Below, piece after piece: positions 10,394-18,368 of a stretch of 64,000 nt of DNA. Numbering within the stretch: position 1 is the stretch's first letter; the number at the start of each line of letters is the position of its first letter. The stretch is from Thermoanaerobaculia bacterium (GTDB lineage: Bacteria; Acidobacteriota; Thermoanaerobaculia; Gp7-AA8), in NCBI GenBank assembly GCA_038244815.1, contig JBBRTB010000011.1, positions 37,050-101,049 on the forward strand, read 5' to 3'. The notes under the pieces were generated by a model. It made no database searches, was not told the origin of the DNA, and saw only the letters and a program-made list of their open reading frames with translations. A program made the translations under genes and the position numbers.

Positions 10394-10442
10394 CGGGAAT
10401 GAAGCATCGGACTGTGATATTTACACGCCTGCTTGCGAGCAA

Positions 10443-10518
<76 letters not shown>

Positions 10519-10604
10519 CTCAACCTCTTCCAGAATCTCTTCCGAACAGGCCATGAGGTTGACGACCGGATTGAGGTCGAGGCTCGCCAGGACCCGTTCC
10601 CGAA

Positions 10605-10830
10605 TCACGGGAACGATTCGTCCATGCAGCGCGAGTAGCGCCGTCCATGCTGCCGCTCGCGCCGGATTGCCTCGAGGGCAGTCTCCCGGTTCATTCCCTG
10701 CACCGCCATGTAGAGCTGCAGGTCTCGCTCCCCAAGCTCAAAGGCAAGGGCGACGCGTTGTCCCCGGCGTCATCCGCAGGACCTCTTCGGTCTGCTCCTG
10801 GCGTAGCTGCTCGGCGAGCTTCGATGGCAT
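10605..10830 (-). pseudogene. Small helical protein gene with an apparent 1-nt frameshift
   Basis: MPSKLAEQLRQEQTEEVLRMTPG / QRVALAFELGERDLQLYMAVQGMNRETALEAIRRERQHGRRYSRCMDESFP*; removing one base from the C4 run at 10762-10765 restores the frame; TATAAC upstream. Confidence 0.6.
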
Positions 10831-10908
10831 GATTACGAGTTATAGCCGTCCTGTGCGGGACGATGGATGACGCGTGCTCCTCGCGGTGCTCACCACCGCG
10901 AATTCGCG

Positions 10909-10937
10909 TTGACAAGGCACGCGATCCACTTCACACT
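10909..10937 (+). promoter_or_regulatory. Sigma70-type promoter upstream of the riboswitch
   Basis: TTGACA-N17-CACACT. Confidence 0.65.
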
Positions 10938-10962
10938 CCCCCCGCCGCCCACCAGCGGCGAC

Positions 10963-11098
10963 TTGCCGCCTAATCCTCGGCGCCGGGGAACGGGGGAACC
11001 AAAAGCGACGGCTTGCCACCGTCCGGGGTGAATCCAGCTGCAAGCTGGTAGGGCTTCCAGCCCAAACCCGACAGCTAACCTCGTAGGCAGCCTGGAAG
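10963..11098 (+). ncRNA. c-di-AMP (ydaO/yuaA) riboswitch
   Basis: Blocks AATCC..GGAACGGGGGAACCA..GGGGTGAATCC..GGTAGGG..CCCAAACCCGACAGCTAACCTCGTAGGC in the canonical order; loop TTCCA can pair with downstream TGGAA (pseudoknot). Confidence 0.92.
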
Positions 11099-11109
11099 GC
11101 AGGCCAGAT

Positions 11110-11146
11110 CAAACGCCGCGAAGCGATTCGCGGCGTTTGTCATTTT
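11110..11146 (+). terminator. Intrinsic terminator, likely the riboswitch expression platform
   Basis: CAAACGCCGCGAA-GCGA-TTCGCGGCGTTTG followed by TCATTTT. Confidence 0.8.
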
Positions 11147-11179
11147 GTCTCCGCCCGACCACAGCCACGTAACAACTGT

Positions 11180-11488
11180 GGAGATGCGCTGGCACGTCTC
11201 GGCCGCGCCGCGGAAGCGGAAGAGTCGCTGAAGAAGGAGATCGACCTCTTTCCGCGCGACCCCAAAGCGTACAAGAACCTCATCCTGCTTTACGCGACGG
11301 AGGGACGGAACGACGAAGCGACGAAGCTGGTGTTCCAGCTCGTCGAGAGGTCACCGGTTCCACCCTCGTACGTGGCGATCTCGACGACGCTCAAGGCCAT
11401 CGGCGACATCGACGGCGCGCGATACTGGGCGGCGCAGGGGCTGAGAAAGTTTCCGTACGACGCCGCCCTCCGCAGGATGGCGCTCTAG
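11180..11488 (+). pseudogene. 5'-truncated fragment of a sulfatase-TPR paralog (C-terminal TPR region)
   Basis: GDALARLGRAAEAEESLKKEIDLFP...TLKAIGDIDGARYWAAQGLRKFPYD aligns by eye with the C-terminus of 16002-18275; no in-frame ATG/GTG/TTG back to the stop at 11084. Confidence 0.8.
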
Positions 11489-11559
11489 AGACCCGGGTAC
11501 CCGAGCCGGCAATCTGGACCCTCCGTACCGCAACGCCCGTACTTCATCATTAACATTTA

Positions 11560-11732
11560 CGTGACAATTTTGTTGCGATACGCTACATATCCATCGTGGC
11601 GCGATCTCGCTTCAACCTGCGCAATTTGAATCGATTCGCGGAATCGAGGTGTCATGCCGTCCCATCGGTAACTGTGAACAGACTGTCACGCGATGCAAAA
11701 TGACGTAACTTGACCGTGACGTATTCGTCACG
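11560..11732. promoter_or_regulatory. Three related 18-bp palindromic operator-like sites
   Basis: CGTGACAATTTTGTTGCG (11560), TGTGAACAGACTGTCACG (11673), CGTGACGTATTCGTCACG (11715). Confidence 0.55.
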
Positions 11733-11785
11733 TTGCGGTAGCATTCCGAAACATTTCGGTCCCCCCCAAACAGAAAGGAGCGCCC

Positions 11786-14700
11786 ATGAAACAGTTTCCC
11801 TCCCTCGGGAAGTCAGCGGCTCTCGCCGCCTTACTCTGCACGCTGATCGTCGTCAGTGCTCAGGCCCAGTTCCAATCGGGGAACATCTACGGGAAAGTCC
11901 TGGGGAAAGATGGTGGAGTTCTCCCCGGCGTGACGGTCACGCTGACGGGAATCGGAGCGCCGCAGACCGCGGTGACCGACTCGCAGGGAGGCTTCCGCTT
12001 CATCAATCTCTCGCCGGGCAACTACGCACTGAAAGCGGAGCTGTCGGGATACGGCTCTGCGGTGCGCAACGGCATCGGCGTGCGGATCGCGCAGAACTCC
12101 GACGTGACGATGACGCTTTCGCCATCGGTCACCGAGTCCATCACCGTATCCGCTGAAGCACCGCTGCTCGACACGCGCAAGACCGGCACGGGCATCAACG
12201 TGACCAAGGTGGAGTTGCAGAACGTGCCGAGCGGCCGCGACCCGTGGGTCATCATGCAGCAGACCCCCGGCGTGTTGATCGATCGCATCAACGTCGGAGG
12301 CAGCGAATCCGGCCAGCAGTCCGGATACGTGTCGAAAGGCGCGACGAGCGACCAGTCTTCGTGGAACGTCGACGGCGTGTCGATCACGGACGTCGGCGCG
12401 CTGGGATCGACGCCCACGTACTACGACTTCGACTCGTTCGAAGAAATGCAGATCACGACGGGTGGTTCCGATCCGCGCATCAAGACACCCGGCGTGCAGA
12501 TGAACTTCGTCACGAAGCGCGGAACGAACGACTGGAAGGGTTCGGCGCGCTGGTTCCAGACGAACAGCGGATGGCAGGCCAAGCCGACGATTCCGGCGGA
12601 AGCGACGAGCTACCTGTCCGCGGTCAATCAGATCAACAGGATCGAAGACCGCGGGTTCGAGCTCGGCGGTCCGATCCTGAAAGACAGGCTGTGGTTCTGG
12701 GGCTCCTTGTCCAGGAACAACATCAACCTGCTTACGGCCACAAAGAACATCAGCGGCCAGCGCGCGTTCGATAAAACGCTGCTGGCAAACGAAAACATCA
12801 AGATCAACGCGCAGCCATTCTCCTCGAACAGTTTTGTCCTCACCGACATGTACGGCGACAAGGTCAAAATCGGGCGCAACGTCAGTCCGACGCGTCCGCC
12901 GGAGACCGCGTACAACCAGGCTGACGTTTACCGGAACAAGGAGACAGGGAGTCTCGCCAACCCTACAGTCTGGAAGGCTGAAGACACGCAGATCTTCGGC
13001 TCGAGTCTGTACCTGACGGGCATGTATTCGGAAGTCCAGGGCGGCTTCCATCTCGTGGGCGATGCCGGTGCCGGTTGCACGACCGCGGCATGCACTCTCG
13101 CCGGTCCCGTGGCGACCCTGGATCCGGCCGGCGTGTGGCATCGGAACTTTGTCGCCTATGAGAGCGTCCGTCCGTCCAGTCAGGCGCGGATCGACGGCTC
13201 GAAGTTCTTCGACATCGGTACGTCCAACAACGAGCTGAAGTTCGGCTTCGGCTATCGCAATGCCGGCGTCAATTCCGAGTCTGCCTGGGCGGGGAATCAG
13301 TACACGGTCATGTACGACGACCAGGGCAACGGTGGTGTGCAGTTAATGCGCTCACCCATCACGAATTTCCACTACGGCGTGAAGTATCAGGACGCCTACA
13401 TCGGAGACACGGTCCAACTGGGGAATCTCACGGTACAGGGATCGGTCCGTTACGATGCGCAGACGGGACGTGCCGACGCAGGTTCGCTCGGCGCCAATCC
13501 GATTATTCCGGAGCTCCTTCCCGCCGTTTCCTGGAATGCAATCAGTGGCCTGAAATGGACCAACATCTCGCCGCGCATCGGCCTCACGTACGCGCTCGGT
13601 GCCGCGAAGCGCACATTGCTGCGCGCCTCGTACAACCGCTACGCGGGGCAGCTTGGCGGCAGCGATGTGTACAAGGTGTCTCCGGGCTACTACAACTACG
13701 AGTACTTCTACTTCACCGACCTGAACGGCGATAGAGTCGCGCAGCGGAACGAAATCGACTTTGCCTCTGGCATCATCAGTTCCGGCGGCATCGATCCAAA
13801 CAATCCAACGGTTCCCCAGCAGTACTATCGCTGGGCAAAGGACTTCAAAGCTCCGACGACCGACGAGTTCATCGTCGGATTCGAGACCGAGCTGATGACG
13901 AACTTCACGGTGGGCGTGAATGGCACCTACCGGACCCTGAAGAACTTCAGTTGGACGATCGGCGAGCATCACCAGGGCCAGGGTGACGTTTACTCTCCGG
14001 CGGATTACGAGGCGGCGACACCGAAGACGACCACTCTGCCGAACGGGCAGACGGTGACGATCCCTTATTACGTACTGAAGTCAGGCGTCTCGTCGCCGAC
14101 GTTCTTCATCATCGAGGACCGGCCCGACTATCACCAGACGTACGATTCGATCGACCTGTTCGCGACGCGCCGGCTCACGGATCGCTGGATGATGCGCGGC
14201 AACTTCACGTTCCAGGACTGGAAGCAGCACATCGGTCCCGGCGCCATTGCCGATCCCAGTCAGTCGCGAGGCGCCTACGGCTGCACAACCTGCGACAACT
14301 CCGACGTGATCATCGGCTCAGGTACGGGCAGCGGCGCGAAAGGCGGCATCTACATCAACTCGAAGTGGGCCTACAACCTCACGGGCACATATCAGATCCC
14401 AGTGATTGAGACCAACTTCGGAGTCAACCTCGCCGGACGCCAGGGCTACCCGGTCCCGTATGTGTACCGGATCACGGGCAGTGGGAACAACGGTCAGTCG
14501 TCGTCGAATACGAAGTACCTCCTCGCCACGAGCGACATAACGCAGTTCCGTAATCCGGCGACCACTGAGCTCGACCTGCGTCTGGCGAAGGACATTCGTG
14601 TCTATCGCGGCGGTGCACTCACGCTGTCGATCGACATGTTCAATGTCCTGGACAATCGGACGATCCTGCAGCGCAACGTGGCCCGGTTGAACAACAACAA

Positions 14701-14788
14701 TGCCGGCGGTACTTTTGCCTCCAGCAACAACATCACCGAACTGCAGTCGCCGCGTGTGTTCCGTCTCGGTGCGCGGTTCACGTACTAG
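11786..14788 (+). CDS. Oar-like TonB-dependent receptor with carboxypeptidase-regulatory-like N-domain
   Basis: AAGGAG RBS, signal peptide, LPGVTVTLTG..GNYALKAELSGY, plug motif DSFEEMQITTGG..VTKRGTN, C-terminal PRVFRLGARFTY. Confidence 0.92.
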   Translation: MKQFPSLGKSAALAALLCTLIVVSAQAQFQSGNIYGKVLGKDGGVLPGVTVTLTGIGAPQTAVTDSQGGFRFINLSPGNYALKAELSGYGSAVRNGIGVRIAQNSDVTMTLSPSVTESITVSAEAPLLDTRKTGTGINVTKVELQNVPSGRDPWVIMQQTPGVLIDRINVGGSESGQQSGYVSKGATSDQSSWNVDGVSITDVGALGSTPTYYDFDSFEEMQITTGGSDPRIKTPGVQMNFVTKRGTNDWKGSARWFQTNSGWQAKPTIPAEATSYLSAVNQINRIEDRGFELGGPILKDRLWFWGSLSRNNINLLTATKNISGQRAFDKTLLANENIKINAQPFSSNSFVLTDMYGDKVKIGRNVSPTRPPETAYNQADVYRNKETGSLANPTVWKAEDTQIFGSSLYLTGMYSEVQGGFHLVGDAGAGCTTAACTLAGPVATLDPAGVWHRNFVAYESVRPSSQARIDGSKFFDIGTSNNELKFGFGYRNAGVNSESAWAGNQYTVMYDDQGNGGVQLMRSPITNFHYGVKYQDAYIGDTVQLGNLTVQGSVRYDAQTGRADAGSLGANPIIPELLPAVSWNAISGLKWTNISPRIGLTYALGAAKRTLLRASYNRYAGQLGGSDVYKVSPGYYNYEYFYFTDLNGDRVAQRNEIDFASGIISSGGIDPNNPTVPQQYYRWAKDFKAPTTDEFIVGFETELMTNFTVGVNGTYRTLKNFSWTIGEHHQGQGDVYSPADYEAATPKTTTLPNGQTVTIPYYVLKSGVSSPTFFIIEDRPDYHQTYDSIDLFATRRLTDRWMMRGNFTFQDWKQHIGPGAIADPSQSRGAYGCTTCDNSDVIIGSGTGSGAKGGIYINSKWAYNLTGTYQIPVIETNFGVNLAGRQGYPVPYVYRITGSGNNGQSSSNTKYLLATSDITQFRNPATTELDLRLAKDIRVYRGGALTLSIDMFNVLDNRTILQRNVARLNNNNAGGTFASSNNITELQSPRVFRLGARFTY

Positions 14789-14813
14789 TCGCTCGTACTT
14801 TGTGAGTGTTTCT

Positions 14814-14846
14814 ACCCGCTGGGGCGCTGCCCCAGCGGGTTTTTTG
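14814..14846 (+). terminator. Intrinsic terminator
   Basis: ACCCGCTGGGGC-GCT-GCCCCAGCGGGT followed by a T run. Confidence 0.9.
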
Positions 14847-14904
14847 TTCCCGGTGGCTGGGGAACAGGCCGTGATGTCATACCGTTCGGGTAACGAGATT
14901 CCAA

Positions 14905-16005
14905 GTGGAGGCTCCATTGCGCAGATTCGCTGTCGTTGCATTCACGTTGCTGTCATCGCTCGTCGCGATTTCTGCCGGCGCGCAGATCCGTGGTACGGGC
15001 CGCCTGCAGGGAAACGTCTTCGATAAGAACACCGGCAAACCGGTCGCTGGAGCAACGGTCTCGATCACGACGCCGGAAAGCGGCACGCGGCCGATCGTCG
15101 CGAAGACTGACGCAAGAGGACATTGGGCAGCGCTCGGCATGACGTCAGGTCAGTGGAACATTGATGTCAGTGCGCCTGGATACGGGACGAGCCGCGGGAC
15201 GGCAATGGTCAGCGAAGTCACCACGCCCCCGCCGATCAAAATCGAGCTCGACCCCGAAGTGAAGGAGGCTGCGCCGGCCGAGGTGGCGCCGGCCAGTCCC
15301 AGCGTGCCGAAGGAAGCAGTCGATGCGATCAAAGAGGGCCAGGAGCTGCTGCGAGTCAAAGCGGGCGACGTCGTCACCAACACGCAGGCCACGTCACCTG
15401 GAAGCACGACCGCGGTGTCGCACACTGCCACCGCCGATGAAGTCAAGGACAACGCGAAGCGCGCCGTCGCCGATCTCGAGAAGGCTTTTCCGATGATTCC
15501 AGATACAACGCCTGAGCTCCGCGACGTCCGAAACCAGGTCCTGGCCGTCCTCGCTCAGGCGTACTACAAAGCCGGTGCTCTCGAGGACGCGATCGCCACT
15601 CTGGAGAAGCTCGATGCGCTCGATCCTCCGACGGCGACGCCGGACGCGGCACACGCGACGCGCGACGTTCTTCTCGCGAACCTGTATCTCGAGAACGCAC
15701 AGCTCGATGAGGGCAAGGCGCTGCTCGAGAAACTTCCTGAGACCGCGATCAGCGATCCGACCGCGTACGTCAACATCGGCATTCTGTTTCTGAACAAGAA
15801 GGACCCGAACACCGCCACGAAGTACTTCACGAAAGCGATCCAGATGAACGGCAAGCAAGCCGAGAGCTACTACTATCGCGGTCTGGCCGAGGTGCAGATG
15901 AACAAGTACGGGGCGGCGAAAGCGGACTTTCAGCAAGTCCTCGCGCTGTCGCCCGACTCATCGGAAGCGCGTGACGCGAAGCAGATGCTCGCCAGCCTGA
16001 AATGA
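14905..16005 (+). CDS. Exported protein: carboxypeptidase-regulatory-like domain plus TPR repeats
   Basis: Signal peptide; GKPVAGATV..GQWNIDVSAPGY; TPRs AYVNIG, SYYYRGLA..AKADFQQVLALSP. Confidence 0.85.
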   Translation: MEAPLRRFAVVAFTLLSSLVAISAGAQIRGTGRLQGNVFDKNTGKPVAGATVSITTPESGTRPIVAKTDARGHWAALGMTSGQWNIDVSAPGYGTSRGTAMVSEVTTPPPIKIELDPEVKEAAPAEVAPASPSVPKEAVDAIKEGQELLRVKAGDVVTNTQATSPGSTTAVSHTATADEVKDNAKRAVADLEKAFPMIPDTTPELRDVRNQVLAVLAQAYYKAGALEDAIATLEKLDALDPPTATPDAAHATRDVLLANLYLENAQLDEGKALLEKLPETAISDPTAYVNIGILFLNKKDPNTATKYFTKAIQMNGKQAESYYYRGLAEVQMNKYGAAKADFQQVLALSPDSSEARDAKQMLASLK

Positions 16006-18275
16006 ATCCCGATGGTCATTCCGAGCCGCGAAGACGGCCAGGAATCTGGGCGGGGGTGGCGCCCCACCACCCAGATTCCTCGCGCTCTGCGGCGCTCGGA
16101 ATGACGGTCGTATTGACCGTCATCTTTTCGCTCACGGCCTGCCACAAGCTCAGCGCCCCGTCGCGCACGACCCCCGTCGTGTTGATCTCGATCGACACGT
16201 TGCGATCGGATCACCTTCCGGCGTACGGCTACAAAGGCGTGGCCACGCCGAACATCGACCGCCTGCGCGCAGATTCGATTCTCTACCGCCGCGCGTACAG
16301 CCACATTCCACTGACGTTGCCATCGCATTCGTCGATCCTGACCGGCATGCTTCCGAACGACAACGGAGTGCGCGACAACGTCGGCTTCCGCCTTTCCGAT
16401 TCGATTCCGACGCTGCCGGAGCTGCTCGAGAAGAATGGATATGTGACCGGAGGCGCAGTCTCGGCGTTCGTTCTTCGACGCGAGACTGGAATCGCGCGCG
16501 GCTTCGACTTCTTCGACGACGAAGTGGAGCCCCTCGGCAACTCAGATGAGACCGCGATCGGGCGGGTCCAGCGCAACGGCCGCGAAACACTGCATGTCCT
16601 CGAGAAATGGCTCGATGGAAATTCGCAGAAACCGTTCTTCGCGTTTCTCCACCTGTACGAACCGCACACGCCCTACACACCGCCCGAGCCGTATCTGAGC
16701 CGTTATCGCAACCGGTACGACGGCGAGATCGCTTTCGCCGATGCCATCGTCGGCGAGTTTCTCGATTACCTGAAGCAGCACGACCTTTACGACAAAGCGC
16801 TGATCGTTCTGCTCTCCGACCATGGCGAAGGCCTGAACGATCACGGCGAACAGGAGCACGGAATCTTCCTCTACCGCGAGGCGCTGCAGGTTCCCCTGAT
16901 TTTGAAGTTGCCGAAGAACGCAAAGGCCGGCACGACGGTCGATTGGCCGGTGCAGCTGGTCGACGTCTTTCCGACAATCGCGGAGCGGACGGCCACCCCG
17001 CTGCCGAGTGATCGACGGCGTACGGGAGAATCACTCCTCGCTGTCGGCAAAGATCGACCGCAGCGCCTGATCTACTCCGAGACGTTTTATCCGAAGTTCC
17101 ATTTCGGATGGAGCGATCTGCATTCGTTGATCGCCGGGAACGATCACTACATCCGCGCTCCGCAGCCGGAGCTGTACGATCTCGCCGCCGATCCGGCTGA
17201 GAAGCACAACGGCATCGAGCAGAACCGCCGTGCGTATGTCCGCCTGCGTCAGGCCATCGAGCCGTTCGTGCGTGAGGCGCCGGCGCCGTCCAGCATCGAT
17301 TCGGAAGACGCCGCAAAGCTCGCTGCTCTTGGGTATGTCGGTTCAACCGTGTCGGTTCCCGCCGGAACGGTGCTGCCGGACCCGAAAACGACGAGCGGAA
17401 CATTTCAGAAGATTCGTCTTGCCTTCACCTGGTACCGGAACGGAAAAGAGGACGACGCGCTCCGGCTCACAGATCAGCTTCTCGCCGGCAATTCGCAGAT
17501 CACTGACCTCTGGGACCTGAAATACAAAATCCTCGTCAAGATGGACCGAAAGCGGGAAGCGGTCGATGCGGCGAAGGAGGGTCTGCGGAAAGTACCCACG
17601 GCACTGGCCCTGCTGCACGACGTCGCTACCGGCGCGCTGGAGCTCGGCGATCTCGACACCGCACAGCAGCACGCCGAACTGGCGTTGAAACTCGAGCCCG
17701 GCAAAGCGCACGACATTCTGTCGCACATCTGGCTGCAGCGCGGAAACCTCGACCGCGCCGAAGCGGAAGCAAAGTTGTCGCTGGAGACGTCGCACGATCC
17801 GACCAGTGCTCTCATGCAGCTCGCCAATGCGGAAAAGGATCGCGGGAATCTGCAGGCGGCACTCGCCTATATCGATCGTGCGGTCGACATTTCCAGGCGC
17901 AAACGAGCTCCAGCGCAGGACCTCCACTTCGCTCGCGGCGATATCCTCGCGCGCCTCCAAAGAAACGCGGAGGCGGAGCAGGAGTTTCGTGCGGAAATCG
18001 AACACTATCCGTCGTCCGCCACCGCTTATTCTTCGCTGATCCTGCTGCTGGCCTCGACCGGCCGGTCGAACGAGGCGACGCCTCTGGTTTATGCGCTGAT
18101 CAAGGCATCGCCGGGGCCGCGTGCATACGTCGTCGTGTCGGAGACGCTGAAGGCTGTGGGCGACAACCAGGGCGCGGTGTATTGGGCGTATCAGGGTCTC
18201 GAGCGCTATCCGAAGGATCCTGAACTTCGCGGATTACCGAAAAAGCTTTCGCGGCCACTGCGCAGCAGCGGGTGA
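16002..18275 (+). CDS. Sulfatase-like / alkaline-phosphatase-superfamily hydrolase with C-terminal TPRs, possible lipoprotein
   Basis: ISIDTLRSD, TPNID, TLPSHSSILTG, HLYEPHTPY, YDGEI, SDHGE, ELYDL..DP.E; LTAC lipobox-like. Start is ATG 16002 (ATGA overlap) or ATG 16101. Confidence 0.9.
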   Translation: MNPDGHSEPRRRPGIWAGVAPHHPDSSRSAALGMTVVLTVIFSLTACHKLSAPSRTTPVVLISIDTLRSDHLPAYGYKGVATPNIDRLRADSILYRRAYSHIPLTLPSHSSILTGMLPNDNGVRDNVGFRLSDSIPTLPELLEKNGYVTGGAVSAFVLRRETGIARGFDFFDDEVEPLGNSDETAIGRVQRNGRETLHVLEKWLDGNSQKPFFAFLHLYEPHTPYTPPEPYLSRYRNRYDGEIAFADAIVGEFLDYLKQHDLYDKALIVLLSDHGEGLNDHGEQEHGIFLYREALQVPLILKLPKNAKAGTTVDWPVQLVDVFPTIAERTATPLPSDRRRTGESLLAVGKDRPQRLIYSETFYPKFHFGWSDLHSLIAGNDHYIRAPQPELYDLAADPAEKHNGIEQNRRAYVRLRQAIEPFVREAPAPSSIDSEDAAKLAALGYVGSTVSVPAGTVLPDPKTTSGTFQKIRLAFTWYRNGKEDDALRLTDQLLAGNSQITDLWDLKYKILVKMDRKREAVDAAKEGLRKVPTALALLHDVATGALELGDLDTAQQHAELALKLEPGKAHDILSHIWLQRGNLDRAEAEAKLSLETSHDPTSALMQLANAEKDRGNLQAALAYIDRAVDISRRKRAPAQDLHFARGDILARLQRNAEAEQEFRAEIEHYPSSATAYSSLILLLASTGRSNEATPLVYALIKASPGPRAYVVVSETLKAVGDNQGAVYWAYQGLERYPKDPELRGLPKKLSRPLRSSG
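16015..16105. repeat. Palindromic GTCATTCCGAGC...GCTCGGAATGAC element
   Basis: 12-bp terminal inverted repeats and inner GGAATCTGGG/CCCAGATTCC arms. Confidence 0.8.
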
Positions 18276-18285
18276 TAGACTTCGG

Positions 18286-18354
18286 GCTTCTGTGGAGGCG
18301 CGGGCTTCAGCCCGCGCACTCACGTCGGGCTGAAGCCCGCCTCTACACAGAAGC
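18286..18354. repeat. REP doublet (GTGG/GTAG family)
   Basis: GTGGAGGCGCGGGCTTCAGCCCGCG ... CGGGCTGAAGCCCGCCTCTACAC. Confidence 0.85.
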
Positions 18355-18368
18355 ATGCCGGAGGCACC

